Shown here one piece after another: positions 13,327 to 25,142 of a stretch of 32,034 bases of DNA (the first letter of the stretch is position 1; every line of letters starts with the position of its first letter). The stretch spans positions 1,765,289-1,797,322 of the forward strand of contig NC_068996.1 in assembly GCF_001194135.2 (NCBI RefSeq), written 5' to 3'. Under the pieces are notes generated by a model. That model did no database searches, had not been told where the DNA came from, and saw nothing but the letters and a program-made list of their open reading frames with translations. The stretch is from Octopus bimaculoides. Its lineage: Eukaryota. A program made the translations under genes and the position numbers.

Positions 13327-13500
13327 TGTGTGAGGGGTTGTGTGTGTGTGTGCGTGCGCGCGTGTGTGTGTACGATGGGTTTTGTTTTCACTCACAAGGC
13401 TATAGTAGACACTTACCCAAGGTGCCACGCAGTGAGAATGAACTCCGAACCATGTTGTTAAGAAGCAAGCTTCTCACCACACAGCCACTCCTGCGCCTAT
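13050..13500 (-). mobile_element. tRNA-derived CORE-type SINE with internal (TA)n/(GT)n expansion
   Basis: Minus strand starts ataggcgcaggagtggctgtgtgg (A box), then has a B-box-like ggagttcattc, CORE-like caccttgggtaagtgtct, and ends gccccagcatggccgcagtcaaattactgaaaaagtaaaa. Confidence 0.9.
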
Positions 13501-13695
13501 ATATACGTACATATATATCTGTGTGTGTATATATATATATATATATATAAATTTGAAGAAAAGCAACAAAAATTCAATAGGTTATAGCAGTACGTACGTT
13601 TCGTACAAACTTCATTTATTCATGTAGTGAGAACACTACATAAAATGTACAATGAAAATGTACTCCTCAGCTGCATAATGGTACCATTTAAGGCA

Positions 13696-13842
13696 GAGTG
13701 GGAATATTTGCTCCCTTGTTCGAGGTATAAGGACGCAGTTGTACTTCGATAGCCAGCTGAAAGACATGTTTTCCTGGGGCTAAAAAAAGCAGTAGCACCG
13801 TCCTAATTAGGACAGCTACTTTACGTTGGCAAATAGATTTTA
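13696..13842 (+). mobile_element. Solo, more diverged arm of the palindromic element at 3261-3634
   Basis: ctcccttgttcgaggtataaggac...tagccagctg...tcctggggctaaa...cgtcctaattaggac...gttggcaaata aligns to 3490-3634. Confidence 0.8.
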
Positions 13843-13944
13843 ATGTATAGTACTGTTAGGACTTATTGCTCGCTCAGAGATTTAAATCTAACTGTTTATC
13901 TCATATTCGTCATGATAGATCGCTGACCACTACATTTATATTTT

Positions 13945-14108
13945 TTTCTCCTTGTTTCTCTCCTTATTTCTTTCTGTATTCCTTTCAGTTGAAGAGCGTA
14001 GGCTCGAAACGTCAAAGACTTTCTCTATTCCCGAGTGTTAAACTAATATATCCATTTGTTGTTTACACCACCTGTCTTCGTCTGTTGTTTTTTTCGTAAA
14101 TTCTCCCA
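13945..14108 (+). mobile_element. Short Penelope-like terminal-repeat (pLTR) remnant, copy 1
   Basis: Near-identical to the reverse complement of 25822-25978 (ggagaat.tacgaaaaa..caacagacga.gacaggtggtgtaaacaacaaa...). Contains a hammerhead-like motif. The PLE assignment is inferred from that motif. Confidence 0.65.
13982..14017 (+). ncRNA. Minimal type I hammerhead-ribozyme-like motif, variant core
   Basis: CTTT (stem I) - CAGTTGAA - GAGC/GTAG/GCTC (stem II) - GAAA - CG - TC (GUC site) - AAAG (stem I). Stem III is the palindrome ACGU. Confidence 0.55.
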
Positions 14109-14109
14109 T

Positions 14110-14123
14110 GGATAGATAGATTA

Positions 14124-14168
<45 letters not shown>

Positions 14169-14173
14169 CAGGC

Positions 14174-14204
<31 letters not shown>
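14110..14204. repeat. (GATA)n(GACA)n microsatellite
   Basis: Direct reading. Confidence 0.97.
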
Positions 14205-14229
14205 TATGGTAGTTATTTAAAGCTTGAGT

Positions 14230-16065
14230 ACACACCTGGTAGTATACCGATTAAAGCACTTTCACTGTGTATGGCTACCTGATGTCTTCCACAGGATCGA
14301 TAGAAAGCCACTGGATCTACCTCAGGAATTCTTCAGTGTTCGTCGAGTGTGTAACCAATGTGAGAAAGAGAAAATGGAATTCACGAGATCCTGTATTAAT
14401 CATTACGGTTGTTTCGACCTAACCTGCCTCGGTCCCACGTTTTGCATATTTCGATTGGAATACCATTTCTTCATTTACCAGTAGCTAGTGGCGTTCAAGT
14501 GAGAGATCAGGATTTAGAAAAATGTCCAGAGTCATGCACACACAGATTTACGTAACTAAGCTCGTTTTAAGAGTGGTGAGTAACGAATTTCGTGTCGTTT
14601 CATAGGTGAGAGTGGATACGGTAAGGTCAGATGTGACCGCTCTCGGTTCCTCATGCTGTTAGACATGAGGAACTGAAAAGCCGTTTGTTGGGTCCGGATG
14701 CTGTAGGCGCAACGTGAAAACAAAGGTCACAGAACAATATTTCACGGACTGGGATGGACATGTGGTACTCAATTCCAAGCAGATACGTACAGCTTTTCAG
14801 TAGCACATCGATAACATGTTCAACGAGGGGAGTTTGTCGGAAATGAAGATGGATATTACCTGCCTACCACGATCGCTTGCTCCGGATTCCGACTAGAGAT
14901 GTGGGTTTCTGCGAAAGGTTTACAACTGCTCGTGAAATACCGTAAGCTTTGTTTGGCTGTACAGAAGAGAATTCACCGGGAATTGATGGTCTCTTCTATG
15001 AGCTTTTCTGTAATATACCAGATTATTTCAGTGAACTCTTAGCAAATGTCTACTGCAATTGACACGTTCACGGGAAATGTCAGATCCTGTACTCTTTGGT
15101 GTAGTTCACAAAAAAGATTCAAACATCGAAGAAATGTTAAATAGTGTTAGGCCTGTAACTCAACTAAATATAGATTTCAAATATTGGTCAAGGTGTTAAC
15201 CAAGAAGATGCTGTTTCAGGCAGATTTATACATGACAAGCTACACCTTACGCAGTAAATCATAGAAAAGATTGGTAAGAAACCTGGCAGGCGTAGATTCC
15301 TGATCAATTTCACAAACGCGAAAGCTTTCGATTGAGTTAACCATCAATATTTGGCGAGTGTCTTCAAAGCGACTGCTTTGGGAACGTTCTTCAGAAACTG
15401 GATCAGTCATTGAAATATAGAGTGATATTTGCACGATAATCAAGGTGTGTGCATGCCTATAGCAAACATATAATTTCATGCCTTCGTCTGTCAAGTTTGG
15501 CGCCCGTATCTTCTCTGAATAGAGCAAACAACTGAAAGAGTTGAAAATTTTGAGAGCATCCGCAGAGAACCAGATGTATACATATGTGGATCTATAGTTA
15601 TCGTTATAAGGTTGGACACGAAACACATCGAGGTGATCGTAGGAAATGTAGGCGGAGATAGTTGCAAATATTATGCCGAAATCGATGGGCCTGCAACTCG
15701 GTACCTGGAGGGGCAGCGCCATGCCATCCAAAAGCGTCGTAAGGCATTGATGGACGAACCTGTTAAGCTTATCCAGATTTATAAGTCACCAAGAAGTGGG
15801 AAGAGATTAAGAGCAAGGTAACAACGATCTCCCAGAAACGACAGTCTGGGTAGTCAGCAATGAAAGTCTGGGTGATCCGGATGTTGCAGCTGACATTTAC
15901 CAATGACTGTCATACTTTTTCCGCTTAATGGCTAACCACCACGAAAAGCATGCTCTTCCCTACTCTCTGGAAGTATATTTACCCTTGTATATCCGAGTCG
16001 TGAAGGACTAGACATTCGGTAGCTAATGGTAAGAAGATATGACCCGAAACTATGAGGTTAGCTTT
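14230..16065 (+). mobile_element. Heavily decayed Tx1/L1-clade LINE ORF2 (RT region)
   Basis: Motifs across frameshifts: DWDGHVVLNSKQIRTAFQ*H, SPGIDGLFYELF, RPVTQLNIDF.ILVKVL, KAFD*VNHQYLASV, GLQLGTWRGSAMP. Near 16010-16055 a segment matches GGLGMPWLMMRRHALRL of the 1885-2270 copy. Left boundary is uncertain. Confidence 0.85.
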
Positions 16066-16255
16066 TTTTTTTTACATGAAGCAGATATGATCGAAGTTTG
16101 TTAGAAACAATTTCCACAACTCATGCGGTTCCGAATCAAGCGTAAAACAAGGCAGGGTGTCTGGAATTTTAGCTCCGTAGTTGCTCACGACTCTCTGAAT
16201 GTCTGGCATGATATATACACATCTTTATCAGAACTGTAAAAGTATCACAGAAAAC

Positions 16256-16257
<2 letters not shown>

Positions 16258-16319
<62 letters not shown>
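16258..16319. repeat. (TA)n microsatellite
   Basis: Perfect TA run. Confidence 0.97.
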
Positions 16320-16322
<3 letters not shown>

Positions 16323-16369
16323 AAGAAATGCATATCAAGAGAGTATGTAAGGGAATATTCCTTTTTTTC

Positions 16370-16800
16370 TTTTTCACTTATTTCAGTCACTTGACTTTGG
16401 CTATGCTGGAGCACCGTCATTTCAGTCGAAGAAACTTTTCTTTGTAACCCTGGTACTTATTCTATCCGTCTCTTTAGCTGAACAACTAAGTTACGTGGAC
16501 GTAAACAGACCAACATCGGTTGTCAGGTGATGGTGGGGGACGAACACAGACACATAGACACACAAAAATACACAGACACACACACACACACATACACACA
16601 CACACACATACACACACACACACATACACACACACACATATATATACAGCGGGTATTTTTCGGTTTAAGTCTATCAGATCCTCTAACAAGACTTTGGTCG
16701 GCCCGTGGCTATATTAGGGGACACTTGCCGAAGGTGCCAGTGGGACTAAACCTGGAACCATGTGGCTGGCAAGCAAGCTTAATGCCACACATTCACGACT
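16370..16800 (-). mobile_element. tRNA-derived CORE-type SINE with internal (CA)n
   Basis: Same layout as 13050-13500: gacacttgccgaaggtgcc, cctggaaccatgtgg, tacttattctatc, and tail atttcagtcacttgactttggctatgctggagcaccgtc on the plus strand. Confidence 0.88.
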
Positions 16801-17040
16801 GTGTGTGTGTGTGTGTGTGTGCATGCGTGTGCGTGCGTGTGTATGTATATATATATGTGTGTATGTGTATATACATATGTGTAAATATATGTGTGTATAT
16901 ATATGCGTGTATATATGTATATGTGTGTATAGATAGATAGACAGACAGACAGGCAGGCAGGCAGGCAGACAGACAGACAGACAGACAGACAGACCGACAG
17001 ACAGACAGACAGACAGACAGACAGATAGATAGATAGACAC
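16800..17040. repeat. Compound (GT)n/(TA)n/(GACA)n microsatellite
   Basis: Direct reading. Confidence 0.93.
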
Positions 17041-17052
17041 TTATATAAAATA

Positions 17053-18028
17053 AGTAACAGGATGTCAGGTATTAATGCAATACGACTGTTTCAGGCGGCT
17101 CCATTTAATCGAACAATGCAAGCATTTCATCCATTTAAATATAGTAATATCTTCAGTTGCAAAAGTTAAGGATTTTCAACAAACAAGATATATTAATGTA
17201 ATATTTCTGAAATATTTTATCAGAGTTATCGGTTGAGAGAATTCCATGTTGCCACTATTGCAGCAATATTCTGTATAATACATCACAATAACATATAACA
17301 CAATACATTGTGTTATATGATGTATTATACATAAAATTGCCCTTTGGTAACTCCTGCCTATTTAGTCTGATTTCATCCTCTATGGTAATTACACTGTCCT
17401 TTCTGTGACTTTCTACCCTATCAGTCACTAAAGGTTTATTTGTAATGAATTATAACCTAGTAAGCCTCCCTTGAATAAACTCTTCACCGCCTATGAACTA
17501 TACTATCATAGACACAACAGTACCTTTAATATTATAATTTATTAAACCGCATCCAAAGATATCCGCATCTTATTTTACTTACACCTTAACCTACCTTAAT
17601 CTACTTTGGTAGGTATACCTTGAACTATGCTTCTTATTTATATACCCATTATCTTTTTATTTTTTATTTTTCTGTTTTTACTTTTGGTCGCTTACCTTTA
17701 TATATTTTCGTTATTAATTACTTTATTAATTCATATTAATTTGACTTCTTATCTTTGTATGCTTTCCTTATTAATTTGTTATCCCCTATGCTTTACTTTT
17801 ATCATATATTGTTAAATTTTTATATATTATTAAAGTTTTATAATTTGTATTCTTATTTAACTTCGCATATATTGGCATTATATTCTATGTGTCGCGGAGT
17901 ACGATTCAACTTCTCTCAGCGGATATGCATGATATGATATCCATGATATGATGGAATATGGTACTTATATTGATATTTTCAGTTATTTATAATTACACTT
18001 TATAATTATAACATATTCTTTATATAAA

Positions 18029-18075
<47 letters not shown>

Positions 18076-19409
18076 TCTTCGAAACGTCTAGTTTAGAATA
18101 GAGGCAGCTGATGAAGGAAAAGTTCCATAAGTGGCTCGTCTGTTTTCCTATGTGTTCATTCTGTTGTCCGTAAAACGTCCGTTTTTTTTTTGTGCTTTAT
18201 GTTCCCGTTCCTTTTTGACGTCCTGTACCCGGATATGCGTCTATATATATAAAAAAATCTATATATATACATGTAAATGTAGGTAAGTACATATATGTAT
18301 GTATACATGCATATGCTCATATATCATTTGTATTATATATATATATATATATATACAAATGATATACATACAAATCGATTTTGTATATGTAAGTGTATGT
18401 CATACTTTTATACTGCTATGTCTCCTTATATCAGTATAAACTTTAGAACTCTCCATAATTGCTAACATTTTTTGTATACTTATATATACTCATTTATCTT
18501 ATCCTTATGATTCTGTTCCTTACTTTCAATCCATAGATAACGTGTACTTCTTTCCCTGACAAATTCCATATGTAAGTTGAGCTCATTTTTGGAGTGTTCT
18601 TTGTTGTGACTACCAAATAGTTTTGTAAGGATGAGATATTATGGAGCCTTTTAGCGCTTAAATTGGTTTATACTTCCCTCTTACCTTACCTGTTTTTGAT
18701 ATCACTTTCTAAATCTTTAAAAAAATTACTTTTTATTTTTATACAACATGTAATAATACGCAGATTTTGCTACACCTTGAATATAAACCTTTCCTCTCTT
18801 TGCCCTTAATATTTATCTAGATCTCATTGCAGCGTCCTATATTTCATAGCGTAGGCCCCTTTAACTGAAAATGAAAAGGGTTTATGTCACCCCCACCCTG
18901 CCTCTTTTTATGGACATTTACCACTATCTAATTGACTTCTTCTAAAGTTTGTTTCTTTATGTGTTAAGGGGTACTTAAGAAATTAAGATTCGAGGGAACA
19001 TCTCATAATATTTATCTATGACCATAAGCCAGTTCTGAACTGTCAACTCTTAATGCTTTTATTCACAATAAACGCAGATCTTTGATGGTGATAAGGAGAT
19101 AGATAAAAATTAGAAATGAATTACAACCGCATGGCCCCACTAATCTATTCATGCCACTCCAAAATTGTAGTTGTTTTTCTCTTAGATTATGTCTGCTGTA
19201 ATAGTGGCAACATGGAATTCCTTCATCCTCTAGCTCTGATAAAGTATTTGAGAAAAATTATATTAATATATCTTGTCTGTTGAAAATCCATATTCTTTTT
19301 TGCAACTGAAGATGGTACTATATTTAAATTGATGTAATGCTTGCATTGTTCGATTAAATGGAGCCGCCTGAAACTGTCGTATTGCATTAACACCTGACAT
19401 CCTGTTACT
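17053..19409. mobile_element. Non-autonomous long-TIR element (~2.36 kb; TIRs 17053-17265 and 19194-19409)
   Basis: agtaacaggatgtcaggt...ccatgttgccactattgcagca on the left is the reverse complement of tgctgtaatagtggcaacatgg...cacctgacatcctgttact on the right, roughly 85-90% identical by eye. No recognisable transposase inside. Confidence 0.85.
18075..18245 (+). repeat. Short interspersed repeat, possibly a PLE terminal remnant, nested after (TA)n
   Basis: cttcgaaacgtctagtttagaatagaggcagctgatgaagg resembles ctcgaaatatggagtagatgaacagccgacagctaacgaaggg at 26823-26865. Confidence 0.45.
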
Positions 19410-19671
19410 AATTTGATTTTATTCACCAAACTTCGAGCTGTGCGGATAATAACGGACTGACTTGGTACCTCAACTTAAGTACCTAATTCAACTGAGTCTT
19501 AATTACTTCTTTGTATAAGAGCATATGTATATAAAATGATAAGAGAATATATACACAGAAAGAAAGAGAATATAACAATGTGAGTGTGTACATATATATA
19601 TGGCAAATGGAAAATGGAAATTATTATTAATCATGACAATTGCTTTGACACATCTAGCATCAGTTTTACTA

Positions 19672-19776
19672 TATATATATATATATATACATACATACAT
19701 ACATACATACATACATACATACATACATACATACATACACTTATTCTCATTCTCTCTATCTCTATCTATCTATATC
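19672..19776. repeat. (TA)n(TACA)n and (TCTA)n microsatellites at the LINE 3' flank
   Basis: Direct reading. Confidence 0.9.
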
Positions 19777-21365
19777 TTTTTTATTGTTTTATTGGTTTCG
19801 GTTATGTGTCTGCGGTCGTACCAGAGCACCACCGTGATATTTCACTTTTACTTATGATCCTTCTTCGGCTGATTTACCCCAGGGTGGTGCGGTTTCATCA
19901 CCACTCCTGTATGTGCTATTTTCCTGGTTGTTGACCCATTTTCTGTATGAGGGAGCTTCACACCGCTGCCCTTCTCTCTACTTCATGGTGGGCCGTCGGT
20001 TTATCTGGTATTGTGGAGTAGAGAATGTTATTTCTCTTTTGATGATATCAATGCCCACATTCTGTAGGTTATTTAATTTTCGTGTCAGGGCAATGAAGAG
20101 CTGCAGATCTTTGGAACCTAAGCTACTGAATTACTTTCTCCTGTATTTAGATGGAATAGACTGTACCTCTGTAAAACACAACGGCATCCAGTTCGGGCAT
20201 TTGTATAACTTCTGAGCCTACATTTAGGTACCATCCCATCCGGAATTTTCCATGTGTAGATTGTTATAAATGTGTCGCACCTTCGCTTTAGGGAGTAAAG
20301 TCGTAGTTTTTTCATCTGCTGCACTGTTACAATCATTTCAGTGTAGAGACGTTAGACCGCTTCAAGCTTCGCTCTTAGTTTGGCATTGTGTGGTGACCAT
20401 AGCTGAGAGGTGTAGTAATGGTAGCTGAGAACAAAAGATCTCCACAGGGTCAACATAACGCCTTGGTCTCTTACCTTAAAGAATCTTAGTATCCACCCTG
20501 CCTGTTGTCTGCACTTTGCTGCTATCTTGGCAATGTGCAAATGAAATGATGCATTATTGCACAGACTGATTCCGAAGTCTATGACTCTGGTATTGCAGTA
20601 CCTTCATGGTCCGTATATGCAGGCTGCGCTGCATTTGTGAGCTGATAGTGCAGTGCTTAACATTTTCCAGTATCAAACTGTACATCGTTTACTTCAGCCC
20701 ACTTGTAAATTTGCATTTAGGTCCCATTGTAGGCTTCTTAGGTCATCTGAATTCTTTATTGCTTGTGATAGATTTTTGTATTATCAATGTAGCTAGTGAC
20801 AGTCGCTGTCTAAGTAAACGTAATAAGAGAGTTATTGTAAACAGTAATGGCCCCAGAGCAATTCTCTAGGGACGCTACTTAAAATTTGAGCTTCTTCAGA
20901 GAGGGCTGCAGCTGTCTCACTTCTGTTTTTAAGAAAATCATGCAACCACTCTCCAAGTTTACTTGTAGCTTGTGACATATCATACCATGATTTACCTTCC
21001 CAAAGGCCTTCGTGAAGCCAAGATATATTATACTGCTATCTAAATAGTCAGGTAGCTGTTTCAAAACCCAGGCATGGTGCTGTAGATGATGTGTGACACA
21101 GCTTCCTCCTGAATGAAACTCATATTGTGTATTGTTTAGTAGGTAATATTCTTCTTGGAACATTATCACTTTCTTTTTGATGATTTGTTCCACGACTTTA
21201 TGTATAAGTGAAGTCAAAAAGATTAGCCTGAAGTCTTTAGCCTCCACTCTGCTCCTACCTATGTGGATAGGGAATCTGATGCCTTCTTTTAGGTTTTTAG
21301 GAAGTTTACCATTTGTAAGTTTACCATTATTTGGAAAAATATCTGAAATGGTTCTGAAAAATGGT
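19777..21365 (-). mobile_element. 5'-truncated CR1/L2-group LINE (RT domain to 3' end)
   Basis: Minus translation: FSEPFQIFFQ..GKLPKNLKEGIRFPIHIGRSRVEAKDFRLIFLTSLIHKVVEQII...IYLGFTKAFGKVNHGMICHKL...SGVP*GIALGPLLF...HIAKIAAKCRQQAGWILRFFKVRDQGVMLTLWRS...SQLWSP...LEAV...LRLYSLKRR. Confidence 0.92.
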
Positions 21366-21401
21366 TGGAAAAATATCTGAAATGGATCTCATGTGTATGT
21401 T

Positions 21402-21406
21402 TCTCT

Positions 21407-21461
<55 letters not shown>
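21402..21461. repeat. (TC)n microsatellite running into a gap
   Basis: Direct reading. Confidence 0.97.
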
Positions 21462-24094
21462 NNNNNNNNNNNNNNNNNNNNNNNNNNNNNNNNNNNNNNN
21501 NNNNNNNNNNNNNNNNNNNNNNNNNNNNNNNNNNNNNNNNNNNNNNNNNNNNNNNNNNNNNNNNNNNNNNNNNNNNNNNNNNNNNNNNNNNNNNNNNNNN
21601 NNNNNNNNNNNNNNNNNNNNNNNNNNNNNNNNNNNNNNNNNNNNNNNNNNNNNNNNNNNNNNNNNNNNNNNNNNNNNNNNNNNNNNNNNNNNNNNNNNNN
21701 NNNNNNNNNNNNNNNNNNNNNNNNNNNNNNNNNNNNNNNNNNNNNNNNNNNNNNNNNNNNNNNNNNNNNNNNNNNNNNNNNNNNNNNNNNNNNNNNNNNN
21801 NNNNNNNNNNNNNNNNNNNNNNNNNNNNNNNNNNNNNNNNNNNNNNNNNNNNNNNNNNNNNNNNNNNNNNNNNNNNNNNNNNNNNNNNNNNNNNNNNNNN
21901 NNNNNNNNNNNNNNNNNNNNNNNNNNNNNNNNNNNNNNNNNNNNNNNNNNNNNNNNNNNNNNNNNNNNNNNNNNNNNNNNNNNNNNNNNNNNNNNNNNNN
22001 NNNNNNNNNNNNNNNNNNNNNNNNNNNNNNNNNNNNNNNNNNNNNNNNNNNNNNNNNNNNNNNNNNNNNNNNNNNNNNNNNNNNNNNNNNNNNNNNNNNN
22101 NNNNNNNNNNNNNNNNNNNNNNNNNNNNNNNNNNNNNNNNNNNNNNNNNNNNNNNNNNNNNNNNNNNNNNNNNNNNNNNNNNNNNNNNNNNNNNNNNNNN
22201 NNNNNNNNNNNNNNNNNNNNNNNNNNNNNNNNNNNNNNNNNNNNNNNNNNNNNNNNNNNNNNNNNNNNNNNNNNTATATATATATAACCTAGTCTCGCAC
22301 GGAGCAGCCTTGAGTAAAGCAGACGCACGTAGAGTTTTATTTATCATTTTTGTGTACACTCTGAGGTGGGAAGAAATTTGATGTTGATATATTCTCTGGG
22401 GAAATTTCTCATCGTAAACAAAGTGAAACCATCCAAACATGTTATTTTCTGTTCCCATATGAAAAACTGAGTCCATGTTTGTAGTTGAAGACGCTCAGAG
22501 CAGAGAAATGCAAACGTCGTGCGGCCCGATAGAATCGTTAACAGCCGAATGTGTTTTCATATTGTCTTCGAAGAATGACTTCTCCCGAGAATATTTCTGC
22601 ACAAATGATCTCCCAACATTCCGAGTTTACACGAACAAATTAAATATGACAATATATTTTATTCAACGCTGCATCGTGCGACTTTGATACGTTTCTTGTG
22701 AATTGACCAAGTTTTAGGCATGTCAGAAAATACATTATTTTTTTTTCGTATATATAAACGCTATCGTCCCTGTAGGGCTGTGAAAGGCAGATTCCATGAA
22801 AAATACGGAAACGCATGCGTCCTACAATTCGATGATATCACTAATACCTAATATTTTTTGCACATATTGTCTACGAGGAGAAACATCTTCCAAGAATATT
22901 TCTACTACGAAAGAAATCTTCTTATGTCCAAGAGCACACGGTAATTGTTATACTAGATGTCTAAATATATACATATTAATGTGTATGTGTCTGCCTAGAC
23001 AGATTGATCAACTGGATTTTCATTACATTTAATCCACATTATAACCAGCAGCTTAATTTAAGTTGTCTTTATGTGGAACATTTATTGTTAACCAAAACGT
23101 TCCCGACCTGCCAAAAATAAATGCTTTATCTACCTCAAATCTCACATCGTATATAAAACACATCTGAGTTCCAAATGTCCATGATAAAAAATAAGACCAG
23201 AAATGAGGTTGATCCTGGTTGGAATGCCTCCGAACCAAAGGCTCCTTTACCAAGGTTGACAAGGAGCTAACGAAAAACAATAATAAAAATGGACTTTGCA
23301 TCTTCGTTCCAGTAATTGAAAATATGATATCTCCAATCAAATTTTGACGGAGAAAAACAAATATAAAATTATGTCACGCAGAAAAAGACAAACATAAAGA
23401 AGAAACAAATATTGCAATTAATTTAAAGGTAGAAGTAGAATATCTGTTCTAAACAGATTGTAGGTGGTTTGTATCACGTGTAAGAAGTTTGTTGTATGTA
23501 TTTTTTTCCGTGTGCACGTGTATCTCTGTTCACGCGTGCGTGTGTGAGTAAATATANNNNNNNNNNNNNNNNNNNNNNNNNNNNNNNNNNNNNNNNNNNN
23601 NNNNNNNNNNNNNNNNNNNNNNNNNNNNNNNNNNNNNNNNNNNNNNNNNNNNNNNNNNNNNNNNNNNNNNNNNNNNNNNNNNNNNNNNNNNNNNNNNNNN
23701 NNNNNATATATGAATTAGTTTATGTGTATGTGTAATTGTGTCTGTATGCGTATTTATGCGGTTGTGTGCAAATGAGTCACTATATGCGTATGTGTACGTG
23801 TGTGTAAGTTGTGTGGGCTTATCAAAAATGGGTTCTTGTCTCAATTAGCTTTGTGCTTTTATTATAATCCCCTACTCCGCCCGTACCCCTTTCCTCTATG
23901 ACTTTAATATAAACGTCAGTAATTGAATGATTAGGGAGACATGACCCTAACATCTTGTGCAAGGCACGGTGTTAGAAGTTTCTTAATCTAGCCCAATTGC
24001 ATTTGAACAGATGTCTTCAAATGTCTTAGGTATTGTTTCAGCAACTGAAAGCTTTAGAAGAAACACACCCACACAATTACACGCAAAACCACGC

Positions 24095-24116
24095 ATGCGC
24101 GCACCCACACGCGCAC

Positions 24117-24158
<42 letters not shown>

Positions 24159-24418
24159 GTAACCTCATACACACACGCACACATGCACACGTAAACACAG
24201 TACAATTCAAACAGACGCTAACAAATGCATGTGTATTCAATTTTAATAAAATCTCCAAACTCTGTTATTGAAGCACATTTTTACGGCGGTATGCGACATT
24301 TTAATTAAGGAAAGCAGTGTATCCTGACAAAAATAATGCTAAATAGTGGAAATGATGTTGAATTTGATGCACACACACATATACTCACACATACCCATGC
24401 AATTATACACACGCGCGT

Positions 24419-24455
<37 letters not shown>

Positions 24456-24685
24456 TGCGTGTATACAAATACATGCACACACATATACATACAAACATAC
24501 ACACATATGCATATATATAGAGACACGCACATATATGTATATACATATATATATACATTATATATACATACATATAAATATATATATACACGCACATGCA
24601 CGCACACACGTACCCACACACAAACACGCACACACACTCACACACACTCACACACGCACACACACATGTATGCATGTACATATAC
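24095..24685. repeat. Degenerate (CA)n/(GT)n/(TA)n low-complexity cluster
   Basis: Direct reading; explains the many overlapping ORF-track entries here. Confidence 0.9.
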
Positions 24686-24939
24686 CGGGAATCTAGATAA
24701 CGTTGATATATATGTATCTACATACGTCAAGAGTAAAAGGCATCGTTCAACCTTTGGAATGATGGGCAAACCGTATAATTTAATTTGGTCGTTGTCGACC
24801 AATGAGAAATGGTTATTGTGATCGAGAACGAGAGACACAGTACGACAGAACTGAGCCATCAGAAGCTCGGCAAAATGTAAATACCTCGAACGTCCGCAGG
24901 TAATTCTATTTCAAAAGATTATACTCTTACTTTCATTCA

Positions 24940-25142
<203 letters not shown>

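Noticed and set aside
17627-17937. Hydrophobic ORFs resembling mitochondrial or transmembrane genes
   Set aside because: They are a product of T-rich, AT-biased sequence inside the long-TIR element; no conserved mitochondrial motif is present.
21289-22476. Long ORFs of 227-468 aa in the ORF track (also 818-2224 and 25993-26839)
   Set aside because: They are open only because they read through N-gaps and microsatellites.
23190-23270. LGKGAFG on the minus strand after an AG acceptor-like site, resembling a kinase glycine loop
   Set aside because: It is followed by SEAFQPG rather than a V-x-x motif, and no VAIK, HRD or DFG exons were found nearby.
24795-24906. Short frame MRNGYCDRERETQYDR... 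ending at a good donor (cag/gtaatt)
   Set aside because: A single donor-like site with no identifiable protein or partner exon is expected by chance.
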